DNA of 64,000 nucleotides from Macrostomum hystrix (lineage: Eukaryota; Animalia; Platyhelminthes): contig CATNEN010000033.1 in the NCBI GenBank assembly GCA_950097015.1, positions 434,001-498,000 on the forward strand. The letters are read 5' to 3'. Below the pieces are notes generated by a model that searched no databases, was not told the DNA's origin, and worked only from the letters and a program-made list of their open reading frames with translations. This document shows, piece after piece, positions 36,799 through 49,029 of the stretch (its first letter is position 1; each line of letters opens with the position of its first letter). A program made the translations under genes and the position numbers.

Positions 36799-37079
36799 TA
36801 ATACTAGGCCTAGGCCTAATTGCTTGCTTTTTAAACAAAAAATTACAGGGCAAATTTGTTTTCATATTTTTTTCATAAGAAATTGAGTGTCAGCAAAGAG
36901 TTTTGAATTTAGTAAATTAACTAGCATGTTTTGCCCCCCTTCGGGGAGCACTACTGGTCAGACAAAAAAATCTTGTGCAATGCAGAAGGACAAAACACAC
37001 ATAAAAGCAAACAAAAACGAAAACTCATTTCGTCAGTAATAATGCTACTGAGGTACAAGTGAATACTATCCCCTCAGCA

Positions 37080-37450
37080 ATAAAAAACTAATGTCCCCCA
37101 GCTGCAGAGAACTAATTTCCCCCTAATTCCCCTCAGCAGCAGAGAATTAATTCTCCCCTAATTCCGCCCCAGCAGCAGAGAACTAATTCCCCCCTAATTC
37201 CGCCCCAGCAGCAGAGAACTAATTCCCCCCCAATTCCGCCCCAGCAGCAGAGAACTAATTCCCCCCTAATTCCCCCAAGCAGCATAGAACTAATTCCCCC
37301 CTAATTCCCCTCAGCAGCAGAGAATTAATTCCCCCCTAATTCCCCTAAGCAGCAGAGAACTAATTCCCCCCTAATTCCGCCCCAGCAGCAGAGAACTAAT
37401 TCCCCCCTAATTCCCCCCAGCAGCAGAGAACTAATTCCCCCCTAATTCCC
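37080..37450. repeat. ~31-bp tandem repeat (CAGCAGAGAACTAATTCCCCCTAATTCCGCCC)
   Basis: About 11 units lie directly before the AT-rich satellite. Confidence 0.88.
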
Positions 37451-37459
37451 CTTATTTGT

Positions 37460-40400
37460 TGCTTTTTGTTTAGAAAAATGTTAAACACATTTAGAAAAAT
37501 GTTAAACACATTTAGAAAGCTGTTAAACACATTTAAAAAACGGTTAAACACTTTTAGAAAACTATTGGACACATTTAGAAAACTGTTAAACACAATTAGA
37601 AAACTGATAAACACGTTTAGAAAACTGATAAAACATTTAGAAAACTGTTAAACACATTTAGAATACTGGTAAACACATTTAGAAAACTGCTAAAAACATT
37701 TAGAAAACAGTTAAACACATTTAGAATACTGGTAAACACATTTAGAATACTGGTAAACACATTTAGAATTCTGGTAAACACATTTAGAGTACTGGTAAAC
37801 ACGTTTATAAACCAGGTAAACACAATTAGAAAACTGGGAAACACATTTAGAAAACTGATAACCACGTTTAGAAAACTGATAAAACATTTAGAAAACTGTT
37901 AAACACATTTAGAATACTGGTAAACACATTTAGAGTACTGGTAAACACGTTTATAAAACAGGTAAACACGATTAGAAAACTGGTAAACACATTTAGAAAA
38001 CTGATAAACACGTTTAGAAAACTGATAAACACGTTTAGAAAACTGATAAAACATTTAGAAAACTGTTAAACACATTTAGAATACTGGTAAACACATTTAG
38101 AATACTGGTAAACACATTTAGAAAACTGGTAAACACTTTTAGAAAACTGCTAGACACATTTAGAATACTGGTAAACACATTTAGAATACTGGTAAACACA
38201 TTTAGAATACTGGTAAACACATTTAGAATACTGTTAAACACATTTAGAGTACTGGTAAACACGTTTATAAAACAGGTAAACACAATTAGAAAACAGGTAA
38301 ACACATTTAGAAAACTGCTAGACACATTTAAAAAACAGTTCAACACATTTAGAATACTGGTAAACACATTTAGAATACTGGTAAGCACATTTAGAAAACT
38401 GCTAGACACATTTAGAAAACAGTTCAACACATTTAGAATACTGGTAAACACATTTAGAATACTGGTAAGCACATTTAGAATACTGGTAAACACATTTAGA
38501 GTACTGGTAAACACGTTTATAAAACAGGTAAACACAATTAGAAAACTGGTAAACACATTTAGAGTGCTGGTAAACACAATTAGAAAACTGGTAAACACAT
38601 TTAGAAAACTGCTAGACACATTTAGAAAACAGTTCAACACATTTAGAATACTGGTAAACACATTTAGAATACTGGTAAGCACATTTAGAATACTGGTAAA
38701 CACATTTAGAGTACTGGTAAACACGTTTATAAAACAGGTAAACACAATTAGAAAACTGGTAAACACATTTAGAATACTGGTAAACACATTTAGAATACTG
38801 GTAAACACATTTAGAAAACTGGTAAATAAAGCGGGTTAGGGTACTAATGTACATGAGAATACTATACCCAGCAGAGAACCAATGTGGCGTCAGAGAACAT
38901 TTAGAAAACAGTTATAAAAACACATTTTAAGAACTGTAAAACACATTTTAAAAACTGGTAAACACATTTAGAACACTGTTAAACACTTTTAGAAAACTGT
39001 TAAACACGTTTAGAATTATACACATTTAGAAAACATTTAGAGACCCAGTTTTAGAAAACTGTTATACACATATAGAAAACGGTTTAAAACACATTTAGAA
39101 AACTGGTAAACACATTTAGAAAACTGTTAAACATGTTTAGAATACTGTATAACAAATTTAGAATACTGGTAAACACTTTTAGAATACTGTTAAACACATT
39201 TAGAGTACTGGTAAACACGTTTATAAAACAGGTAAACACAATTAGAAAACAGGTAAACACATTTAGAAAACTGCTAGACACATTTAAAAAACAGTTCAAC
39301 ACATTTAGAATACTGGTAAACACATTTAGAATACTGGTAAGCACATTTAGAAAACTGCTAGACACATTTAGAAAACAGTTCAACACATTTAGAATACTGG
39401 TAAACACATTTAGAATACTGGTAAGCACATTTAGAATACTGGTAAACACATTTAGAGTACTGGTAAACACGTTTATAAAACAGGTAAACACAATTAGAAA
39501 ACTGGTAAACACATTTAGAGTGCTGGTAAACACAATTAGAAAACTGGTAAACACATTTAGAAAACTGCTAGACACATTTAGAAAACAGTTCAACACATTT
39601 AGAATACTGGTAAACACATTTAGAATACTGGTAAGCACATTTAGAATACTGGTAAACACATTTAGAGTACTGGTAAACACGTTTATAAAACAGGTAAACA
39701 CAATTAGAAAACTGGTAAACACATTTAGAATACTGGTAAACACATTTAGAATACTGGTAAACACATTTAGAAAACTGGTAAATAAAGCGGGTTAGGGTAC
39801 TAATGTACATGAGAATACTATACCCAGCAGAGAACCAATGTGGCGTCAGAGAACATTTAGAAAACAGTTATAAAAACACATTTTAAGAACTGTAAAACAC
39901 ATTTTAAAAACTGGTAAACACATTTAGAACACTGTTAAACACTTTTAGAAAACTGTTAAACACGTTTAGAATTATACACATTTAGAAAACATTTAGAGAC
40001 CCAGTTTTAGAAAACTGTTATACACATATAGAAAACGGTTTAAAACACATTTAGAAAACTGGTAAACACATTTAGAAAACTGTTAAACATGTTTAGAATA
40101 CTGTATAACAAATTTAGAATACTGGTAAACACTTTTAGAATACTGTTAAACACATTTAGAGTACTGGTAAACACGTTTATAAAACAGGTAAACACAATTA
40201 GAAAACAGGTAAACACATTTAGAAAACTGCTAGACACATTTAAAAAACAGTTCAACACATTTAGAATACTGGTAAACACATTTAGAATACTGGTAAGCAC
40301 ATTTAGAAAACTGCTAGACACATTTAGAAAACAGTTCAACACATTTAGAATACTGGTAAACACATTTAGAATACTGGTAAGCACATTTAGAATACTGGTA

Positions 40401-42815
40401 AACACATTTAGAGTACTGGTAAACACGTTTATAAAACAGGTAAACACAATTAGAAAACTGGTAAACACATTTAGAGTGCTGGTAAACACAATTAGAAAAC
40501 TGGTAAACACATTTAGAAAACTGCTAGACACATTTAGAAAACAGTTCAACACATTTAGAATACTGGTAAACACATTTAGAATACTGGTAAGCACATTTAG
40601 AATACTGGTAAACACATTTAGAGTACTGGTAAACACGTTTATAAAACAGGTAAACACAATTAGAAAACTGGTAAACACATTTAGAATACTGGTAAACACA
40701 TTTAGAATACTGGTAAACACATTTAGAAAACTGGTAAATAAAGCGGGTTAGGGTACTAATGTACATGAGAATACTATACCCAGCAGAGAACCAATGTGGC
40801 GTCAGAGAACATTTAGAAAACAGTTATAAAAACACATTTTAAGAACTGTAAAACACATTTTAAAAACTGGTAAACACATTTAGAACACTATTAAACACTT
40901 TTAGAAAACTGTTAAACACGTTTAGAATTATACACATTTAGAAAACATTTAGAGACCCAGTTTTAGAAAACTGTTATACACATATAGAAAACGGTTTAAA
41001 ACACATTTAGAAAACTGGTAAACACATTTAGAAAACTGTTAAACATGTTTAGAATACTGTATAACAAATTTAGAATACTGGTAAACACTTTTAGAATACT
41101 GTTAAACACATTTAGAGTACTGGTAAACACGTTTATAAAACAGGTAAACACAATTAGAAAACAGGTAAACACATTTAGAAAACTGCTAGACACATTTAAA
41201 AAACAGTTCAACACATTTAGAATACTGGTAAACACATTTAGAATACTGGTAAGCACATTTAGAAAACTGCTAGACACATTTAGAAAACAGTTCAACACAT
41301 TTAGAATACTGGTAAACACATTTAGAATACTGGTAAGCACATTTAGAATACTGGTAAACACATTTAGAGTACTGGTAAACACTTTTATAAAACAGGTAAA
41401 CACAATTAGAAAACTGGTAAACACATTTAGAGTGCTGGTAAACACAATTAGAAAACTGGTAAACACATTTAGAAAACTGCTAGACACATTTAGAAAACAG
41501 TTCAACACATTTAGAATACTGGTAAACACATTTAGAATACTGGTAAGCACATTTAGAATACTGGTAAACACATTTAGAGTACTGGTAAACACGTTTATAA
41601 AACAGGTAAACACAATTAGAAAACTGGTAAACACATTTAGAGTGCTGGTAAACACAATTAGAAAACTGGTAAACACATTTAGAAAACTGCTAGACACATT
41701 TAGAAAACAGTTCAACACATTTAGAATACTGGTAAACACATTTAGAATACTGGTAAGCACATTTAGAATACTGGTAAACACATTTAGAGTACTGGTAAAC
41801 ACGTTTATAAAACAGGTAAACACATTTAGAATACTGGTAAACACATTTAGAATACTGGTAAACACATTTAGAAAACTGGTAAACACATTTAGAATACTGG
41901 TAAACACATTTAGAATACTGGTAAACACATTTAGAAAACTGGTAAATAAAGCGGGTTAGGGTACTAATGTACATGAGAATACTATACCCAGCAGAGAACC
42001 AATGTGGCGTCAGAGAACATTTAGAAAACAGTTATAAAAACACATTTTAAGAACTGTAAAACACATTTTAAAAACTGGTAAACACATTTAGAACACTGTT
42101 AAACACTTTTAGAAAACTGTTAAACACGTTTAGAATTATACACATTTAGAAAACATTTAGAGACCCAGTTTTAGAAAACTGTTATACACATATAGAAAAC
42201 GGTTTAAAACACATTTAGAAAACTGGTAAACACATTTAGAAAACTGTTAAACATGTTTAGAATACTGTATAACAAATTTAGAATACTGGTAAACACTTTT
42301 AGAATACTGGTAAACACATTTAGAGAACTGTTAAACATGTTTAGTATTCTGTATAACAAATTTAGAATACTGGTAAACACTTTTAGAATACTGGTAAACA
42401 CTTTTAGAATACTGGTAAACACATTTAGAATACTGGTAAAAACATTTAGAATACTGATAAACACTTAGAATACTGGTAAACATATTTAGAATACTGGTAA
42501 ACACTTTTAGAATACTGGTAAACACGTTTAGAATACGGGTAAACACATTTAGAGTACGGGTAAACACATTTAGAATACTGGTAAACACATTTAGAAAACT
42601 GTTAAACATGTTTAGAATACTGTATAACAAATTTAGAATACTGGTAAACACTTTTAGAATACTGGTAAACACATTTAGAGAACTGTTAAACATGTTTAGT
42701 ATTCTGTATAACAAATTTAGAATACTGGTAAACACGTTTAGAATACGGGTAAACACATTTAGAATACGGGTAAACACATTTAGAATACTGGTAAACACAT
42801 GTAGAAAACTGTAGG
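37460..42815. repeat. 21-bp AT-rich satellite (TTTAGAATACTGGTAAACACA) with ~956-bp higher-order repeats
   Basis: A unique spacer (AATAAAGCGGGTTAGGGTACTAATGTACATGAG...) recurs at about 38825, 39781, 40737 and 41945, giving periods of 956, 956 and 1208 (956 + 12x21). All FRILVNT/FTSILNV ORFs are artefacts. Confidence 0.95.
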
Positions 42816-43229
42816 ACATTAAAAAAACTGTTGGACATTTAAAAATCTGTTGGACACTTTTCTCGATTGAAATTTTGTTAAAAATTTGATGATTTATATG
42901 TTGTAGTAAGAAAGTAGTAGGTGTCTCAATATATCGTTGAATTGAAGTCTGCTATGCACATTTTACCTATTCAAATCACACACACGGGTGAGAAAAGCTG
43001 TGATGTAATCTATTTATAAATTCGCACTGACTGTCTCGCCAGTGGGGTTGACATAGCTATGTACATTTGACACAGTGAAATTCTTATCAGTGTACTCACT
43101 ATTAACAAAACTGGCCCTGATGCAATCATTAAATGTACTCACTATTAACAAAACTGGCCCTGATGCAATCATTAAAATTGGCAGTGGAATGCACGTTGAC
43201 AAAACTGGCTCTGATGAAATGCATTAAAA

Positions 43230-43420
43230 ATCCTATCTAAAACAGTTTTTCGAATATTTAATCCCCTTAACAATGAAGTTAAGCTTATTAAAAATACGTG
43301 TAAAATTCTGCCCATATTTGGCATATTTTGGTGAAGAAATGGTGAAAATCGGTTGAGCCGTTCGGGAGAAAATCAATTACAAGCAACCAAGCAAGCATTT
43401 CATTTTTAGTATATAAGATG
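43230..43420 (+). mobile_element. Possible Helitron/Helentron-type non-autonomous 3' end
   Basis: GAAAATCGGTTGAGCCGTTCGGGAG...CAAGCAACCAAGCAAGCATTTCATTTTTAGTATATAAGAT resembles termini of invertebrate non-autonomous Helitrons, from recall only. Confidence 0.3.
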
Positions 43421-45141
43421 GAATACTAATTCAAGGCAAAATAACTATTTTGTTTAATATAAGCCTACAATACTGCCTTTGGCTTTATCATTTGCACATT
43501 TCTATCAATCAATCGATTCGGTCAATTAAAATAGACAAATTCAGCCTGTTGGGAATATTGGGAATACTGTGAATTACAGAAATTACAGTTGGTCCAATGG
43601 CAATAGAAAAAGAAAACAACTGAACTATGTACTACTACTAGGCCCTAGCTCTTGTAGTGCCACTCAAGGATTGTTACAATGTCGATAGCTAGAATATTAT
43701 TTTGCTTCAGGTATAATCTATAGTTTTTTTATCTACTGGACAAGCATGTCTTGCAAACTAGACTAGGCCTAGCTAGTAGAGCTCTGGTCTTGCTATATAA
43801 TATTTGTACTTTTTGACTTCGACACATAGCTAGCTTCCATTTTTATAAAAGACTCGTCTCGTCTTTTTTGTTAACCTCATATTACAACCTAAGGCTAAAA
43901 GTGACAAAATGTGTAAATCTAAAAAATAAATAAACAATTCAGGTCGATAAATAGTCTTTTTTGTCTCACGAGATTGGAAACCGAAGAAATAAATTATTAT
44001 TTTGCATTTTTGCAATGTTATGGTCGTGAATTTGAAAATTTTCATATTAAAATTACTTAAAAGGGATTGAATCATACCTACTTGATCAGAATAAATCTGT
44101 GCTTAAAAAAACTTTAGATTTTCTATTTTTATATATTTCGTAGATACGTTCTAATAAATATTTTGTTTGATCGGGAAGACATTTGCGACGCATGAATGTT
44201 GTCAGAAAAAATTGAAATGTCCCCATGCAGCACATCGACAATCAACCAATTTTTATCCTCTGACTCATACCACCTTTATTCGTATATGAAATATGAATCT
44301 TATATTCCGGATGCAATCCTTAAAAGGCTTTATTGGGTAGCATTATGCATATCCTTCGAGTATGCTTTTTCCACAATGTGATTTTCTCCTTCTTCGAAAA
44401 AATCTTTCTTCTTCGAATTCAAGATCATGTTTGCTTATGGAGTTGAAAAGGATACTCTGTCTACTTTTTTGTCCGTATAGTCAGAGGAAGTTCAATTTTT
44501 TACAAAATATTACAGTCGGCACACTCAATGACAACAAAAAAGAAGCTAGTTAACTAGATATAAAGATTGGCCTCCGGTCTACAGTGATTAATTATGTACT
44601 TGTATAAAAATATTTAGACTCCAAATTGCCATTTAATAGGCTCACGTGCATTGTTCTAAAATTAGGGTTAGTTTTTGGTTTCTTACAGAACAAATAGCCT
44701 ACTAGCTGCCTCTCCAAGCTGTTTGACAGAGAACAAACTGTACTAATCGGACTTTTCAGTAAACTCATCTGAACTCGCATTTCAATTGGCTTCAATTTTT
44801 TAAAGCGGGAATATTTGTTCAGATTTCAGTTTGTGGAATTTTAGAAGACCGGCCGAACGCCGTAATGTGCTCATAGTGATGAGTATAAATTAATTTCTGA
44901 GCAGCTTTTGAAGATTCTTAAATTTATCCTCAAAAGCAAGCCAAAGCCTTGGTTGGAACTCGCAGAAGTTTTTGTTTTTGAGGAATTTCAAGACAAGTTC
45001 TAAAATCCCTATCGGCTAAACTTCCATGTTTCACATCGGTGAAATGTTTTAGCAAACTAGTCCATGGCTCCATCGATTATTTGTTGTCTTTCAGAAATTC
45101 CTTGGGTATTAATAAGCCGATCGCTCATCAAAGGGCTGGCT

Positions 45142-46033
45142 TCAGCCCGCAATCCAAACTTCCTCCGATTCGCCAGCGAAGGCGGTGGCGAAGCTGCTAA
45201 GGCTGCAGCGGTCGCGGCCGTCGAAGCGAAATGCTGAGCAGTTGGCGGCCTGGGCACAGAAGGCGGCGCACTCGAACGGAACCTGAGCTGCGCTGTTCCA
45301 GGACATTGTGCCGGCGAATCCCGAGGTGACCAGCTGTGGGGCGGCCGATGAGTCGAACTTGCGGAATCGAAGGCCCTCGGAGGCTGCAACCGGCAAATCG
45401 AGTGGATCGTGCAAAACTTGGCAGTCTTTGGTGATGGAATCAATTAGAGAGACATCTATTCGAATGTGACAATGGCTACTTGTGTAAAGACCGGAATCAT
45501 TTCGGAATATTTTATCCAGCTACTTTCGGTTCAGTAATTTTGTTGTATATGAAAACCTCAATTTGGAAAAGTATGCATTCGGGTGTGTGGATCGACGAAT
45601 GGTGTTTGAAATTTTGAATATGAAATATTCTAATAAGCAAGACATGTCTTGTCACAAGTACTCACCAGTTGGGTACACATTTTCGTAGATTGTCAGACTC
45701 CAACGCAGAGCCCAAGGAGCCGTAGGAGGAGTCGCACATGCAGAGGGCTCGAGCCTGCAGAGCAGCGAATCGAAACCCGCCATAGGCGCAGATCTCGCCG
45801 CACAGCTGCACCGTCATGTCGCTTCTGGACAGAATCCCGTCACCCGAGATCTTGACGTTAAAAGGGCCAAGTCTGGTGACGCCAACGAGTCCCAGCATGT
45901 CTCTGTGGGGTGGCGCCTTGTCCAAGAAGCAGCCCACATAGAGCGGAGTGGCCTTGCGCTGGCACAGCGACCCGGTGACCAGCAGAACAGCTAGTGAAAT
46001 CTCTTTCAGCTTGAGATGCATCTCAGTCTGCAT
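45142..46033 (-). pseudogene. WSC + PAN/Apple-like secreted protein, copy 1, frameshifted (exons 46033-45666, 45383-45142)
   Basis: Paralogous to copies 2-7, but about 61 nt encoding CSLSCGGNALQMCGGPYRNS are replaced by 2 nt. This removes 3 WSC cysteines and shifts the donor from phase 1 to phase 2 (exon sum 610, not a multiple of 3). Confidence 0.8.
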
Positions 46034-46209
46034 CAGACGTGTCTGATGTGCAAGAGTTCACGAATATATTGGCAAGTTTTTCGCGACAGGCATAAGCAAA
46101 AAATATCCTTTTTGTATTTCGTTTCTTGTCCGTTTCTTGTTTGATTCGGGTGAATAGGGAATTGCTTCTAGATGTGCCGTTGCATCGCCATGTATTGATT
46201 TTGACTAGT

Positions 46210-47650
46210 TTGCGCGGGCTGCGCTAACTGGCGTTTGTGTACGCTGCCCACCCCTGCCCCCCCCCGCGGCTTCCCCCCACCCCCGGTGTTTGGGGTGGGC
46301 TGCGTGGCGGGGGGTTTTTATGCTCCGAGGTAGGCTCTCTGGCCTCGCTGTCGCTTGGCAATTGAAAATTTTTTTGAACTGTTACAACTGATGAGTCATG
46401 TCACACCATTCTCTGACGGTGAAGGAACTGCGCACGGCCTTGAGTGCTAAAGGCTTGCAAACCGCAGGCAACAAGCACACCCTATTGGAGAGACTTCTGC
46501 GGTCTCAAGGCTCAGCGGACACGGGTCTTATCGATAATTCGGACACCAGCAATCCATCGAGAAGGCGAGGGCCTGACGACAGGACGGCGGCGGTCGGCGG
46601 CGGCGAGGCGGCAGGAGAGATCCACGGGACTGGCGACCTGGACCGGGACCTGCTGGAGGCGGAGAAGCAGCTGCGCTTGCTGACAATTCGTCGGGACCAA
46701 GCGCGCCTGGAAGCCGAGATCCGTCAGCTGGACCGCCGTGCCGATGAGCCGCAGCGGCGACCCGCAAATGCCTCAGTGCCCGGTGAGTACTCATGCCTTG
46801 AGGATTTAGTGCTGGGACCTACTGTCAAAGTGCCGGATGATGTGCAGCGGGCGGGGCAGCAGCACCCGAATGCGTACCGGGTGCCGGAGTTCATCAGTGC
46901 TCGCAAGCGGCTGGCGCTGAACAAGTCAAGTCAAGCCGGCAAGCAGGCCGCCCTGGACAGCCTCTCTGTTGGCGACTGGATCACCGGGAACGCCAACGCG
47001 TTGATGCAGATGCTGAAGGACGGCAGACTCCTCGTCCTCCGTGATGGCGCTATCGACATGTCGGAGCTGCTGGAGTACCTGAAGCACACGGCCAAGATTG
47101 GCGACCTCCTCGATCTCGGATTCGACCGCGGCCGCGTTTTGCGCTATGACGATGAGTACAGAGTGCAGCAGGCTGAGGCCGGCGCCTGGGACAGCTCGGT
47201 GACCGACCTGAGACTGGTGGCGGCACACCTGATGGCTCCGAATCTTCAACTGCAGACCGGCTCAGTGGGCAGGTAATCAGCAAAGCGACCGGTCTGCTTT
47301 GACTTCAACAAGGTGTCCGGCTGCCAGCGCGATCCGTGTACGCGCACAGTTGTAGGCGCTGCGGCCAGGCGCACTCGGAGGCCTCCTTCCACAGAGCGGA
47401 GGGCGGCCAGGCGGCAAAAAACAGATGGACGGGGTTCAGCGGCAGGGGTCTCCTAACATCGAGTCGCCCGCCCCTGCCGCTGCTTCGGTCGAACCCCAAA
47501 ATGAGGGCGACTCAAGCGGGACCCTCTCCACCGACTTGCGCCTTGAAGCCTGGCGCCTAGAGCCGGCCGACACGGAGATGCCAGGGAAGCTCGCGCAGTT
47601 CGTTTTGAGCGGTGTGAAGGACGGTTTCCGCATCAGAAACGTCAGCAGTT
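46210..47650 (+). mobile_element. Decayed tyrosine-recombinase retrotransposon (DIRS/Ngaro-like) 5' part: SAP-domain gag-like ORF1 (46398-47276), broken CCCH/CCHC finger and start of the RT ORF
   Basis: ORF1 begins with a SAP motif (LTVKELRTALSAKGLQTAGNKHTLLERL) and contains EYLKHTAKIGDLL...VLRYDDEYRVQQA, a DIRS/Ngaro gag-like motif. After an in-frame TAA comes CFDFNKVSGCQRDPC/(frameshift)YAHSCRRCGQAH. The overlapping frame LRLEAWRLE...FVLSGVKDGFRI resembles the pre-RT segment of YR elements and is truncated near 47640. Confidence 0.65.
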
Positions 47651-47744
47651 CGGTGAAGCTGGAAACATGGAAGAGCTGGAAACATTCTCATAGACACTGT
47701 CATAGTTTTGTCAGTTTTGGAGTTTTGTCATGCAATTCACGCAC

Positions 47745-47870
47745 ACGAGGCCAACCTCTAAGGCAAAGGCAGAGTTATAGTGTACACTGCCTGAACGAAC
47801 GAAGTCAGGGCATCACACAATCGTGTGAGAGGGCGCCTTCGTACAGTATCTGTGTGCGTGGGCAGAATTT
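47745..47870 (+). mobile_element. Internal fragment related to the SINE family
   Basis: GGCCAACCTCTAAGGC...GTGTACACTGCCTGA..GAAGTCAG...GTATCTGTGTGCGT aligns to the 51343 SINE. Confidence 0.55.
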
Positions 47871-48102
47871 CTTATTCCTGGCTACGGGTCGACTGTCACA
47901 GAGGACAATTATGTGCCGTGAGTGTCCACCACCTTCCAGCAAAAAATAAGCAAATCATAGAAAATCATTCAAAACATCTTTTTGCTTCAAATTAACATCG
48001 TTATTTTTTATTAGCCTTCAGCCTGTACAAACAGTACTTCATAAATATTTTTGACATGCGAGTATAGTCTTCGGAGCTGTGTCCGTCTTCAATGCTCGAG
48101 CT

Positions 48103-49029
48103 TCAGCCAGAAACCCAGAGGGCACCAGTTTCGCCAGCAAATGCGGTGGCGAAGCTGCTCAAGCGGCAGAGGCCGCTGCTGAGGTCGAAGCGATAGGCGG
48201 AGCAGATGGTGACTCGAGCACAGAGAACTGAGCACTCAGCTAGGCTCCGAGCTGGACTGTTTGAGAATAGGGTGCCTGTGAATTCTGAGGTTGTGACCAG
48301 CTGAGGCCGGACAGAGGCATCGTTCTCGCTGAAGTAAAGTCCCTCAAAATCTGAAAATAAGAAGTTCAAGAAATACTTAACCGTTTTTTAGGTACTGGAC
48401 AGCAGTGTCAATTATTCTGCGTGTCACTCAGGACTGAGCCAATTAAATTTGAAAGACCGGTTCGGTTACAAAATAAGTTTGGTATAAAGTCAGAAGTAAC
48501 CACCGAGCCAACATTAAATGCCTCACTATCAGCGCAGCGCCACCACCTGGCTCGTCGCTGCTGAACCAAACTCACCAGATCGGTACACATTCTCGTAGAC
48601 GGAGTTTCGGTAGGGGCCGCCGCACATCTGCAGCGCGTTTCCGCCACAGCTGAGGCTGCAGTCGGACTCTGTTGCAGAGCCCCAGGAGCCGTAGGAGGAG
48701 TCGCACATGCAGTAGAGTGTAGCCTGCAGAGCAGCGAATCGAAATCCGGCATAGGCGCAGATCTCGCTGCACAGCGGCACCGTCATGTCGCTTCTGCTCA
48801 TAAATCCTTCGCTCGGGTCGTCAATGCTGAATGGACCAAGTTTGGCAATGCCAACCAGGCCCAGCATGTCTCTGTGGGGTGGCACCTTGTCCAAGAAGCA
48901 GCCCACATAGAGCGGAGTGGCCTTGCGCTGGCACAGCGACCCGGTGACCAGCAGGGCAGCCACTGCGATAGCCGCCACAGCTCTGAGTCTTATGAGCATC
49001 TGTTGAAGCAGGGTGTTGAGCTCTGGCAT
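48103..49029 (-). CDS. WSC + PAN/Apple-like secreted protein, copy 2 (exons 49029-48576, 48350-48103; ~233 aa)
   Basis: Signal peptide; 8-Cys WSC domain (YVGCF..MTV..C..IC...F..AALQ...CxC..YG.......C...C......CGG..RNSVY); phase-1 GT-AG intron; exon 2 carries C-x3-C-x5-C...F.F....C.L. Exon sum 702. Confidence 0.85.

Noticed and set aside
38825-42020. Repeat-spacer pattern superficially like a CRISPR array
   Set aside because: The spacers are identical rather than unique, the context is eukaryotic, and there are no cas genes.
37396-42819. Many FTSILNV / FRILVNT ORFs on both strands
   Set aside because: The 21-bp unit is a multiple of 3, giving spurious open frames; this is satellite DNA.
44180-44560. 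Coding-like AT-rich stretch on the minus strand
   Set aside because: It has multiple stops in all frames and no recognisable motif, so it cannot be assigned.
46385-46430. Hammerhead ribozyme core (CTGATGAG); also GGACGAAAC near 23290
   Set aside because: No matching stem II plus GAAA arrangement was found.
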